Positions 28,103 to 37,566 of a stretch of 64,000 nt of DNA are shown one piece after another. This DNA is from a virus (Duplodnaviria > Caudoviricetes): IMG/VR virus record IMGVR_UViG_3300039109_000042, positions 1,497 through 65,496 of that record; one strand, 5' to 3'. The translations under genes and the position numbers were made by a program. Each line of letters opens with the position of its first letter. Position 1 is the first letter of the stretch. Under the pieces are notes generated by a model. The model worked only from the letters and a program-made list of their open reading frames with translations. It did no database searches and had not been told where the DNA came from.

Positions 28103-29346
28103 TGCGCCTGCACTTATTGGCAATTCCTCACACCGTAACGTGCGGCTGTTTTAGCCACTGCGCATACACCGCGAAGGTTCTCAAATTCCCGGCGATGATG
28201 CTGCCGCTGGGATATGACATCATCCACTACGGCGTTGGAGGTGCCGACTTCGGCTTTCACTGGAAGAGAACATGCAGTGATGGCAACCCCGGCTCATTAG
28301 AGTTGGTGGACATAATGACCGGAGCCGAGCAGAACGCGCTGCGCGGCCACGACGGATCGGACCCGACGAGGTACTACGGCGACGATGCGAATGTCGGCAC
28401 GCCGCTATATAAGGAGTTCAACCGGAGACTCAGGCTCGCCCTGATCGAGCGAGTAACGCAAGCCGATTTAGTCTTGCTCCCGTTCGGCCACGCGCACGGC
28501 GATGCCCTTTCAGACCTTCCGTTCAAAATGGTCGAGAGCGGGATCGGCTACGCGACGTTGTACGCTCCGGCCCAATTCAAGATTTTCGAGAGCTATGCGT
28601 GGATGCACTTCCACCAGGGGCGCGAGGATCGGTACGGTAGAAACTACGAGTGGGCGATCCCTAACTATTTCAATGTGGACGATTGGGATCTGCAACTCGC
28701 CCCCGACATGAACACCGTCGTATTCCTCGGTCGGATCTGTGACGTGAAAGGATTGCCGACCGTAGTGGAGATCGCCAAGCGCAGGCCCGACTTGCGGTTC
28801 ATCATCTGCGGGCAGGGCGATCCCGCTCCGTATCTCACGCAGCCGAACATCGAGTATCGCGCGCCGATCACGGGCAAAGCGCGGAGCGCCTATTTGGGCA
28901 ATGCGCGCGCGGTCTTAATGCCCACCGTGTTCACCGAGCCCTTCGCTGGTGTGGCCGTCGAAGCTCAGATGTGCGGGACTCCAGTTATCAGCACGTCTTA
29001 CGGCGCATTCACGGAGACGATTGAGGACGAGGTGACGGGATTCCGTGCTCACACGCTCGGAGATTTTCTAGCAGCGCTGGACCGCGCGCCGGATCTTGAT
29101 CGAGCCTACATCGCCGATCGCGCTCGCAGACTCTACGGGTATGAGCGAGTCGGCAAGATGTACGACCGAGCTTTTCAGCAGATCCAGGACCTGCAGGGGG
29201 AGGGGTGGTACTCACCAAGAAGCGTCTTTCAACGGGGAACAAGCCATGACATGGACAGCATCACACCAGGTAACAGTGACGGGTCACAACAAGGAATCAG
29301 CCGGACGCGTCGTGCACTACCTCCGGCCAATATTGGCGGGGAATGA
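28102..29346 (+). CDS. GT-B (GT4-like) glycosyltransferase
   Basis: FLGRI...KG, EPFAGVAVEAQMCGTPVI (ExFG...E motif). Confidence 0.9.
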   Translation: MRLHLLAIPHTVTCGCFSHCAYTAKVLKFPAMMLPLGYDIIHYGVGGADFGFHWKRTCSDGNPGSLELVDIMTGAEQNALRGHDGSDPTRYYGDDANVGTPLYKEFNRRLRLALIERVTQADLVLLPFGHAHGDALSDLPFKMVESGIGYATLYAPAQFKIFESYAWMHFHQGREDRYGRNYEWAIPNYFNVDDWDLQLAPDMNTVVFLGRICDVKGLPTVVEIAKRRPDLRFIICGQGDPAPYLTQPNIEYRAPITGKARSAYLGNARAVLMPTVFTEPFAGVAVEAQMCGTPVISTSYGAFTETIEDEVTGFRAHTLGDFLAALDRAPDLDRAYIADRARRLYGYERVGKMYDRAFQQIQDLQGEGWYSPRSVFQRGTSHDMDSITPGNSDGSQQGISRTRRALPPANIGGE

Positions 29347-29500
29347 GCAGATCCAGTTTCAGGCTGGGATCATCGTGACCGATGAGAAGAACATCATCCC
29401 AGATGACACCGTGATCAGCATCAGTCTTTCTGCTTCATCTGTTACTGCACCGGCGCCTGCGGGTAAGGCCGGTGTCGTAGGCAAGGCTGGTCCTTCCTGA
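29246..29500 (+). CDS. hypothetical protein
   Basis: MTWTASH start after GGGGA; overlaps glycosyltransferase tail by ~100 nt. Confidence 0.45.
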   Translation: MTWTASHQVTVTGHNKESAGRVVHYLRPILAGNEQIQFQAGIIVTDEKNIIPDDTVISISLSASSVTAPAPAGKAGVVGKAGPS

Positions 29501-29568
29501 TCAGGTGTACAACGGGTCGTGCTGAGGGCTAGGTTCATCAGCACGACCTTCTTCCTTTGAGAGGCAGC

Positions 29569-29940
29569 ATGATCCAGCTTGACCTCACCACCTTGAGCCC
29601 GTATCAGATAGCCTTCTCCCTTGAAGATGGGACCAAGGTGCTGGTTGAGGTGATCCCGACCCTGATCGAGGGGTTGAAGGACACCTTCCAGCTGCAGGGT
29701 CGTGCCTGGCAGATCAATGACGACGGTAGCAGGTACATTGATAGTGAAGGGCACGCCGTGATCACACCGGTAAAGAAGCGGATGGTCTCAGTGACCATGA
29801 ACGACAGCAGCCTGCACGACGAGATGGCTGATGCAGCGGCCTCACTAGTAGAACAGTTCAAGGTGCATGTCCAGCTCCGTGAGGCCTTTGCAAGAAAGGC
29901 AGCGATGCTTCCGCTTGACCCAGACCAAGGGAAGTTCTAA
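29569..29940 (+). CDS. hypothetical protein
   Basis: GAGG SD; promoter TGTACA-N18-TAGGTT at 29506-29535. Confidence 0.65.
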   Translation: MIQLDLTTLSPYQIAFSLEDGTKVLVEVIPTLIEGLKDTFQLQGRAWQINDDGSRYIDSEGHAVITPVKKRMVSVTMNDSSLHDEMADAAASLVEQFKVHVQLREAFARKAAMLPLDPDQGKF

Positions 29941-30353
29941 TGGATGAGTCTAGTAACCTTCGACAGGGCGGTCCAGATGCACCCAACCGTGATACTGACT
30001 TCGATCTCGTTGGGCGTATCGGGAAGGTCATCGAACGCTACAAAATCTTCTATATCATGGCTGGTGCCATCATGGCTTGGTGGGGCAGGAACGTTGTTGT
30101 TCCACTCCGTGAATCAGCCCTGACAACGACCGAAGTTAGGCTGGTCAATGTCAAGATGGATACGCTCCGGAGCCAAATGACGGTTCGTCTTGATCGAGCC
30201 GATGCTGATCGAACCCGCATGATAGAGATCCAGGAGAACCAGAGCATGATCCTGGGCACGCTCACGCGGCTACAGTGCCTTCGCACCACGCTAGTTGACA
30301 GAGCAAAGATTGACCTCAACTGCAAGGACATCCCGGTTGAAGTACCACGCTGA
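29940..30353 (+). CDS. membrane-anchored coiled-coil protein (lysis cassette)
   Basis: One hydrophobic segment then coiled coil. Confidence 0.6.
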   Translation: MDESSNLRQGGPDAPNRDTDFDLVGRIGKVIERYKIFYIMAGAIMAWWGRNVVVPLRESALTTTEVRLVNVKMDTLRSQMTVRLDRADADRTRMIEIQENQSMILGTLTRLQCLRTTLVDRAKIDLNCKDIPVEVPR

Positions 30354-30646
30354 TGTATGACTGGCTGAAGAAGTTTCCTGGGCATCCTGCCATGATCGTC
30401 TTGACGATCGTCATGACAGCCTGCACAGGGATCATCGTGCTAACACACATGGCCTTAGGTAATACCATGCCTACTGGCTATGACGGTTGGTACGTGTTCC
30501 TTGGTGGTCTTGCTGGTGTCAACGTCGCCGGTCTTGCTGTCAATCGCACAACCGACTACCAGTACCAGATGATCAAGAACGCGGCACAACCGTCGACCGT
30601 ATCGACCGGTGGTCCAACCACCGTGGAGGTAAAACCGAGTGTATGA
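30353..30646 (+). CDS. holin candidate
   Basis: 97 aa, two TM segments, directly before amidase. Confidence 0.65.
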   Translation: MYDWLKKFPGHPAMIVLTIVMTACTGIIVLTHMALGNTMPTGYDGWYVFLGGLAGVNVAGLAVNRTTDYQYQMIKNAAQPSTVSTGGPTTVEVKPSV

Positions 30647-31199
30647 CACTCAAGCATGGCCAGTGATCCAGGCAGCTGACTATCAGCACTATACTGCTGG
30701 TCGTCGCTACGTCACCACCTGCTGTATCCACGACGCTGAGTACCCTGAGGTCGAGGGTGGAGCCAGAGGTGTTGCCAGGTACTTCCAGCACCCTGACAAA
30801 CCGTCATCTGCCCACATCTGTGTCGACGACAAGGAGATCATCCAGTCGGTAATGGACAATGACATTGCCTACGCGGCAGGTCACCACGCGAATCAAATCG
30901 GTGTTCACATCGAGATCGTTGGGTACGGAAAACAGACCCTAGCAGAGTGGCTTGACTGGTATGGTGTAGCAGCCTTGGCGCTTGCGAGTGACGCAGCTGC
31001 GCAGTACTGCCTAAAGTACGGGTTACCACCAGTCAGGCTCACTGTGCCTCAGATCATCGCTGGCAACAAGGGAATCTGCGGCCATGTCGACTTTACCAAC
31101 GCCTACCATGAGTCAGACCACCAGGACCCTGGGCCTAACTTCCCTTGGGACTATTTCATGATGTCAGTGAACAACTTCTACCAAGCACGGAGCAGATGA
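30639..31199 (+). CDS. N-acetylmuramoyl-L-alanine amidase endolysin (Amidase_2)
   Basis: IH...SSAHICVD...AYAAG..N..GVHIEI...GH.D...HQDPG. Confidence 0.9.
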   Translation: MYDTQAWPVIQAADYQHYTAGRRYVTTCCIHDAEYPEVEGGARGVARYFQHPDKPSSAHICVDDKEIIQSVMDNDIAYAAGHHANQIGVHIEIVGYGKQTLAEWLDWYGVAALALASDAAAQYCLKYGLPPVRLTVPQIIAGNKGICGHVDFTNAYHESDHQDPGPNFPWDYFMMSVNNFYQARSR

Positions 31200-32008
31200 T
31201 GACCGACGTCAATATCCTAGCGCCTGCCGTAAGACAGACACCACGCTACGGCTGGCTTCCTGATCTACCTGACAATCGTGATCATCTCTGGGCTCCTAAG
31301 AAGACAAGGCGTGGTGTACTGCCTAAGCTTCCTTCCAGGGTTGACCTCAGGACCACTGGGTTCATGCCCTCGGTCTACGACCAAGGCTACCTTGGCAGCT
31401 GCACAGCAAACGGTGTAGCTGGTGCCTATGAGTATGAGCAGCGACGCCAGGGCCTGACTGACTATATGCCCAGTCGGCTCTTCATCTACTACGAGGAGCG
31501 CCGGATCATCAACACGCTCAACTCAGATAGCGGTGCCTTTATCCGTGACGGCCTAAAGGTTGTGAACAAGCTGGGAGCTCCTCACGAGAACCTGTGGGCG
31601 TACGACATCAACGGGTTCACGGTGCAACCACCTGCAGAAGCGTACGAGGACGGCCTTGCCCACCAGACGATCGCCTACGCCTCGGTGGATAACAGGATCC
31701 AGGTGCCTGTCAAACAGGCCTTGGCACAGGGGCTTCCAGTTGTCATGGGCTTTACCGTGTACCCGTGGTTCGAGAGCCCATCAGCAGGCGTTTGCACACC
31801 CGTCCCGAACCAGCAGGTACTTGGCGGCCACTGTGTCTGCATCGTTGGGTACGAGAGGATGATCGGAAGTCATAAGATCTGGGCGATCGTACGAAACAGC
31901 TGGGGTCCTGGCTGGGGCGATCAGGGCTACTGCTACATCCCCATGGCTTGGTTGTGCAACTACTACAACGCCGATGACTTCTGGATCATTCAACAGGTCG
32001 AGACATGA
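31196..32008 (+). CDS. papain-like (C1A) cysteine peptidase
   Basis: DQGYLGSCTA, GGHC, RNSWG..WG..GY. Confidence 0.92.
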   Translation: MMTDVNILAPAVRQTPRYGWLPDLPDNRDHLWAPKKTRRGVLPKLPSRVDLRTTGFMPSVYDQGYLGSCTANGVAGAYEYEQRRQGLTDYMPSRLFIYYEERRIINTLNSDSGAFIRDGLKVVNKLGAPHENLWAYDINGFTVQPPAEAYEDGLAHQTIAYASVDNRIQVPVKQALAQGLPVVMGFTVYPWFESPSAGVCTPVPNQQVLGGHCVCIVGYERMIGSHKIWAIVRNSWGPGWGDQGYCYIPMAWLCNYYNADDFWIIQQVET

Positions 32009-32622
32009 AGATCCCAGGACTCGGTAGCCTCAGCGCCGCCCGGCATGGGATCCTAGGTGGTGCCGGCATTGTCCTGGCTGTGGTGCTCGTTGTCTTCACC
32101 TACACCAAGATTGATGATTGGCGCACTGCCAGGCGTAACGCGCAGCTAGCCTCAGCTGGTAAGCAGGTGGTCGTGGCAACAACCTTAGCAGGCCAGGCGG
32201 ACTCTGTGCAGACTGAGATTCGACCTACCAAGCAGGGCTTCAATGCCCTGCTGAACAGCCCGCAGGTCAAGAACAACCCTACGGCTAAGATCGTAGGTGA
32301 CACAGCGAAGAAGATCATCAAGGCTGACTCAGTCACCATTGACAAGCAGAAGAAGGCAATTGCCCATCTGGATACTGCGGTTACGAACCTACAGGACGCT
32401 GGTCCACCGCTGGGGTCACGCGCAGTCCCGTACGGTATTGTCGGCTATGTTGCATCCAGTCGACAACGAGCTGTTCCTGTGGGTGTGCTTGGCCTTGATT
32501 ATCGACTGTTGCCTCATGTCATGGCACACATTGAAGGTAGCTACTCTCCACCAACTCCAAAGGATCTGAAGCAGACTCCTGATTGGCGTATCTTGGTTGG
32601 TGGTAAGATCACCTTTCGCTAG
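32005..32622 (+). CDS. spanin candidate
   Basis: N-terminal TM, coiled coil, C-terminal amphipathic beta strands; last gene of lysis cassette. Confidence 0.5.
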   Translation: MKIPGLGSLSAARHGILGGAGIVLAVVLVVFTYTKIDDWRTARRNAQLASAGKQVVVATTLAGQADSVQTEIRPTKQGFNALLNSPQVKNNPTAKIVGDTAKKIIKADSVTIDKQKKAIAHLDTAVTNLQDAGPPLGSRAVPYGIVGYVASSRQRAVPVGVLGLDYRLLPHVMAHIEGSYSPPTPKDLKQTPDWRILVGGKITFR

Positions 32623-32681
32623 GTACCCGATCGACACCTGTTAGCTAGATTCATGTCCACACCCTCTTAGAGGACCAGATC

Positions 32682-33080
32682 ATGGCGACAAAAGAGAAAG
32701 GTAAGGCGGTCAAGGTGCCTCATGGGACACCCATCCCAGAGGGGCAGGACCTTGATACGTCTGACTACGTCAACGAGGTCGGTCCTTACGACGACGACAT
32801 CACCAAGCATCCACAGTACCACGAGAACGCGTATGTGGGGAGCCAGGAACCACAGCTTGCTGAGCGTGTAGAGCAGCTGAAGGCGGAGTTCTCTGAGGCA
32901 CCGGAGGATATTCACTTCGAGCGTAGGGTCAACACACGATCGGGTCTCGTGACCGTTACCCTGGAGTTTCCGGACGGCGACAAGTTCGGAGGTCAAGGGC
33001 CTACCACAGCCGAGGCAATCACCGCCCTTGAGACAAAGCTCGTTAACAAGCGAGCGCCTGTCACGGAGGTGACCAAGTGA
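32682..33080 (+). CDS. acidic hypothetical protein
   Basis: GAGGA SD; promoter GGTACC-N18-TAGATT at 32622-32651. Confidence 0.65.
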   Translation: MATKEKGKAVKVPHGTPIPEGQDLDTSDYVNEVGPYDDDITKHPQYHENAYVGSQEPQLAERVEQLKAEFSEAPEDIHFERRVNTRSGLVTVTLEFPDGDKFGGQGPTTAEAITALETKLVNKRAPVTEVTK

Positions 33081-33766
33081 GACCCTTCATCTACACCTAT
33101 GTGGCGTTGCTCATCGCCCTGTTCATGTACATGACCAGCGGAGCATGGCTGCAGCCGAAAGACTTCATGGTTAACCTTCGGTTAAGGCTACTTGAGCTTG
33201 GCCACAGGTTCAGGAAGGTGCGGTGGCAAGCAGGCTTGAAGATCATCCCACTCTTCATGATCGGTGTGGTTTATGTCGGCTCTGACCTCTCAGCCATCCA
33301 CCTTAGGCCGGATATCAACGGCACCTTCATGGTGGAAAGTGCTGATGGGGTGATGATCCCACATGCTGTGGTCAAAGACTACGGTGTGGTTGCCAGAAAG
33401 TCTGTCACCACAGCAGGGATCACCCTGCTTGCTAATGCCTTCCTCAACACGTTCGAGACCGAGCTGTTCAACTTCCATGCCTCTGGTACTGGTGGCACGG
33501 CAGAGAGCATCGCGGACACGCTGCTCGTAACCGAGGTCGAGACGCGTGTCGCTGGTACACAGTCAAGCCCATCTGCAGGCGTGTATCGTACCGTAGCTAC
33601 TGTGACGTACACGGCCACGAGGACGATCACGGAGCATGGGATCTTCTCTGTCATCACCTTCAATACGGTAAGCTTGCTTGATCGTTCGCTGTTTACGGGT
33701 ATCCCAGTGCTTTCTGGTGATTCAATACAGTTTACCTATAACTTCACCTACACGGCTGGTGGTTGA
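33077..33766 (+). CDS. fibre-attachment-like virion protein
   Basis: GTGGTAE...DT.L..E...ITEHGIF...LLDR..F..I....GDSIQFTY, a pattern seen in tail-fibre N-terminal domains. Confidence 0.6.
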   Translation: MRPFIYTYVALLIALFMYMTSGAWLQPKDFMVNLRLRLLELGHRFRKVRWQAGLKIIPLFMIGVVYVGSDLSAIHLRPDINGTFMVESADGVMIPHAVVKDYGVVARKSVTTAGITLLANAFLNTFETELFNFHASGTGGTAESIADTLLVTEVETRVAGTQSSPSAGVYRTVATVTYTATRTITEHGIFSVITFNTVSLLDRSLFTGIPVLSGDSIQFTYNFTYTAGG

Positions 33767-33786
33767 TCGATAGCAAGCAGACTTAC

Positions 33787-33826
33787 CAGGGAGCGTGGCG
33801 CCTTGCTGCGCTCCCTGTTTCGTTTT
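33787..33826 (+). terminator. rho-independent terminator
   Basis: CAGGGAGCGTGGC-gcctt-GCTGCGCTCCCTG-TTTCGTTTT. Confidence 0.75.
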
Positions 33827-33837
33827 AGGAGACCCTG

Positions 33838-34473
33838 ATGGCTGATCTAACTGGTAGTACCGCCACAATAGCTACCCCACCCTTAGATGGTACTGAGAAG
33901 CTGCTAGCCTCAGACACAGGGGTAGATGTTGTTGTCACCGTACGACAGGTAGCTGCTTACGTAGGTGATGCTTTGGGCAATGAGTCGGTAGCTGCGCAAA
34001 GCCCTCCGGCTGCTGCCACGACCTATCTCATTGGGTCAGACATCCTAGTACCAACTACTGAGCGGGTAAAGGTTGGTACAATATTTCGGTGGCATGGCAT
34101 CGTCACAAAAACTGCGGCAGGAACACTGGCGTCCAGCATCTTGGTCAAGTGTGGTATTAACGGCTCAACAGCAGACGCCACCCTACTCACGTTCGCACTG
34201 CCTGCTGGCACAGCGGTTATTGACACGGGCTATCTCGAGATCAACGTCACGATACGCGTTATTGGAGCAACTGCCACGCTACATGGTTCCTTGCTCTTCA
34301 CCCACAACTTGGCAACAACTGGCTTGATCATACAGAATCAGTCTGTTGAGCAGGCGACAAGTGGTACGTTCAACAGCGCCGTAGATGTGCTTAGGTTTGG
34401 TCTAGCATTCACGGCAGGCACCTCACAGGCGTGGACCTTCCAGTCGCTCTTTGGTGAGGCTAAAAATCTATAA
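33838..34473 (+). CDS. beta-rich putative virion protein
   Basis: 211 aa, Thr/Ala/Gly rich; AGGAG SD. Confidence 0.65.
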   Translation: MADLTGSTATIATPPLDGTEKLLASDTGVDVVVTVRQVAAYVGDALGNESVAAQSPPAAATTYLIGSDILVPTTERVKVGTIFRWHGIVTKTAAGTLASSILVKCGINGSTADATLLTFALPAGTAVIDTGYLEINVTIRVIGATATLHGSLLFTHNLATTGLIIQNQSVEQATSGTFNSAVDVLRFGLAFTAGTSQAWTFQSLFGEAKNL

Positions 34474-34671
34474 TGGCACAGAACTTTAGCCTTCTAGCAC
34501 GTACCCTTCAAACGGGCGATACTGCTTTTGGCCCCTTCAACATCCCAGCTAGTACGGCTCTTATCGTCATGACGTTTGATGTTGCAGCAATGGTGGCAGG
34601 GCTTTACCTACCGCTCCCGTCTAGATGTAGGCGCAGGTGAGCAAGAGAATTGACAAACTTCTACTCCGCGG

Positions 34672-34902
34672 ATGATGTGGCACCTACGCTACGGCTCATG
34701 GTGGATGGTGCAGTGGATGTGGCTCGGCTGGATTTCAGTTGGGTTTCATATCGACTTCAAGCATCATCACATGGATAATGGCGAGAGCTACGGCCCGTAC
34801 ATCGACCTCCATCTGGGGCTCGCCATCGTGAGCATCGGGAATAACCCTGTGTATTGCAGCGACACCCGCGTATCATACGCTATCCCGAGGAAGCAGGGCT
34901 AA
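34672..34902 (+). CDS. Trp/His-rich small hypothetical protein
   Basis: ORF track; preceded by TTGACA; composition unlike flanking genes. Confidence 0.4.
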   Translation: MMWHLRYGSWWMVQWMWLGWISVGFHIDFKHHHMDNGESYGPYIDLHLGLAIVSIGNNPVYCSDTRVSYAIPRKQG

Positions 34903-37566
34903 GTGGCACAGACACTCTTCCTTCGCTCAAATGCTTCTGGCGTTTTTAGTGGTGATTTAACATTAGAAACAGTCGCGGGTGCAGCCGATTATACAGCATT
35001 TCCAACTTCGATCCAACGAGCTAAAACACTAGCAAGTTGGCTGTACAACCCACTGGTGGCAAGCAATACCACAGCGATTAGCGACCCGCCCTCCACCACT
35101 GTCTTAAGTGTTGGCTGGTGCTTTGATGCAGCCGCAGCAGGTTCTTATGCCGATGCTGACTGGACGATCAATCTGCTTTTCACAGATACAGTCGCGGCAG
35201 GGTCAGTAACATATGAAGCTCAGCTATGGGTGTTGAATGCAGCTGGCGCCATAGTTTCCCAGATCGGTGGGCTAGTAGCCTCTGCTGTCGTTACTCCAAT
35301 AATCGCCAACACGAGGCAGGTGCTGACGATCACCGCACCCGGCATCATCACACTAGCAGCAAATCAATATCTCTACCTCGAAGTTTATCTCAAGCAAACC
35401 GTTTCATCAGGCTCCAACTCAGCGACCTCGGCACTAATTCTTGATGACCCGACCAGCACGCTGCAGGGTTGTATCGTCACCCCGAACTTCACAGCATCCG
35501 GGGCGACCGACAGCTTCAACAGAGCGAATGCTAGCGACTTAGGTACGAACTGGACGGTTCAGTCCACCTACAACGCATTTGCTCTCACGAGCAACGAAGC
35601 AGTGGTGAACTCGGCTGGCACCGCATCTGAATACAACAACACGTGGACCCCCACCGCCGCCCAGTATTCCAAAGTTATACTCGGCTCTGTCATTGACACC
35701 GGGCCTTCAGGTAATACGAGCGCAGGTTCAGGTCCCGCTGTCAGAATGTCAACGACAGCAGGCACGCATTATCGCGTAATGTGCGTTTCGACGGGCATCG
35801 CTCTCTTCAAGAGAGCTGCCGCCACCACACAGCTTGGTGCTACCTATACCCACACCTGTGTCACCGGCGACGTTGTAGAACTCCGCATCACCGCAGCACA
35901 CGTTCTTACGGTTCTCCTGAACGGCGTTTCGATCATCACCTATGATGATTCTGCTGGTACACCCCTCACCGACAACATGGTGGGGATGATGGGTGTGGCG
36001 TGGAATTTGTTTTCGACGTTAAACAGTTGGGAGGGCGGGGACCTTGCTGCTGCGCTCCCTGCTCCTTACCAGCGTTGGGGTCTTGAGGCAGGAGGCGGAT
36101 TTGCTTGGGCACTTGAGGCAGGAGTCGGCTATTGGATCACTGAGGCATCTGGTCCAGGTGGTACAACCTACACCCAGTCAGTTGGAGGTGGTGCTACACC
36201 TACAGGTTATCTAGCTAGAAAGACAGGTAAGACATTTGGGGGCGGAGTAACGCCAGCTGGGGCTATTGTCCGTTCGACACGCAAAGCCTTTGGCGGCGGT
36301 TCCACACCTTCGGGTGCTCTGTTAAGACTAATGGCCAAGATCTTCACGGGCGGCGCTACTCCTGCTGGGGCCCTTGCACGTCGGATCAGCAAAACCGTGG
36401 TAGGTGCCATGACTCCTAGCGGAGCATTAGCCACCCTAAAACTGATCATGCGCACCTTATCCGGTGGTGTAACACCAACAGGTAACTTGAGCAGACGTGT
36501 CAGTAAAACTGTTAGTGGTGGAGCTACCCCCTCAGGTACCTTGGCGAAGCTCATGTCCCGGATCTTTGGTGGCGGTGTTACACCAACAGGTAGCCTAAGC
36601 AAGGCACGAGGCCAGATCTTGGGCGGCGGTGCAACACCTGCAGGAGCTGTCAGTCGTCAACCAAATAAGGCTATAGGTGGTTCATCGACCCCAGCTGGTG
36701 TTGTCGCCAAGCTGATCAACAAGATCCTGGGAGGAGGTGCTACCCCTATTGGAACCTTGGTCCAAGCTAAGGTATTTCTAAGATCTTTGGCTGGCGGTGT
36801 TACGCCCTCAGGGTCTGTTGCCAGGCGCGCTAACAAGGTCTTTGGCGGCAACACCACACCAGCAGGCACCTTAAGTCGTGTGGTTGCCCATCTGCTAACC
36901 TTGGTAGGAGGGATCTTTCCCTCAGGTACCTTGACAAGACAAGCAGCCAAGACCTTTGGTGGTGGTGTCACCCCAGGTGGAGTAGTGTCAGCCGCAAAGG
37001 TCTTCCTCAGGACATTGACAGGAGGTGCCACCCCAACAGGTACCTTGGCTCGGCGAGCAAATAAGGTCCTGGGCGGGTTGGCCACGCCGGCGGGTGTCCT
37101 GACACGGCTGATCAGGAAGATCTTAGCGGGTGGTATCACTCCCACTGGTACGCTGCTTCGGGGAAAGTTCAGCACAAAGGTGCTGGCTGGAGGTGTCACA
37201 CCAACAGGGACTGTATCGCGTCAGGCACAAAAGAACCTAGGTGGTGGTGTCACTCCTAGTGGCGCTTTGATCAGGCGTATCTTTAAGACAATTGTAGGTG
37301 CTGTTACTCCGGCTGGTCTGCTGGATCTTGGTAAAAGGCTACACCTAACCTTAGAGGGAGTTGTCACCCCCATTGGCGACCTTCTCGCTGTCTTTGGGAA
37401 TGCTTTCCAGTTCTTTTTTACCGTGATACGAGGTGGGGCTAAGTTTGGAGCAAGCCTGTTCTACTCAGGTCCTAAGACCTCGGTTAAGGGTGATCCAACG
37501 GGTGGACCAAAGATCAACGCTGACAACACAAGTCAGTCCAAACTCAACGAGAAGCGGAGGTTATAG
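34903..37566 (+). CDS. 887-aa fibre-like protein: lectin-like N-terminal domains plus 22 basic GGxTPxG repeats
   Basis: DSFNRAN..LGTNW ConA-like start; 18-21-aa repeats counted by hand. Confidence 0.75.
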   Translation: MAQTLFLRSNASGVFSGDLTLETVAGAADYTAFPTSIQRAKTLASWLYNPLVASNTTAISDPPSTTVLSVGWCFDAAAAGSYADADWTINLLFTDTVAAGSVTYEAQLWVLNAAGAIVSQIGGLVASAVVTPIIANTRQVLTITAPGIITLAANQYLYLEVYLKQTVSSGSNSATSALILDDPTSTLQGCIVTPNFTASGATDSFNRANASDLGTNWTVQSTYNAFALTSNEAVVNSAGTASEYNNTWTPTAAQYSKVILGSVIDTGPSGNTSAGSGPAVRMSTTAGTHYRVMCVSTGIALFKRAAATTQLGATYTHTCVTGDVVELRITAAHVLTVLLNGVSIITYDDSAGTPLTDNMVGMMGVAWNLFSTLNSWEGGDLAAALPAPYQRWGLEAGGGFAWALEAGVGYWITEASGPGGTTYTQSVGGGATPTGYLARKTGKTFGGGVTPAGAIVRSTRKAFGGGSTPSGALLRLMAKIFTGGATPAGALARRISKTVVGAMTPSGALATLKLIMRTLSGGVTPTGNLSRRVSKTVSGGATPSGTLAKLMSRIFGGGVTPTGSLSKARGQILGGGATPAGAVSRQPNKAIGGSSTPAGVVAKLINKILGGGATPIGTLVQAKVFLRSLAGGVTPSGSVARRANKVFGGNTTPAGTLSRVVAHLLTLVGGIFPSGTLTRQAAKTFGGGVTPGGVVSAAKVFLRTLTGGATPTGTLARRANKVLGGLATPAGVLTRLIRKILAGGITPTGTLLRGKFSTKVLAGGVTPTGTVSRQAQKNLGGGVTPSGALIRRIFKTIVGAVTPAGLLDLGKRLHLTLEGVVTPIGDLLAVFGNAFQFFFTVIRGGAKFGASLFYSGPKTSVKGDPTGGPKINADNTSQSKLNEKRRL

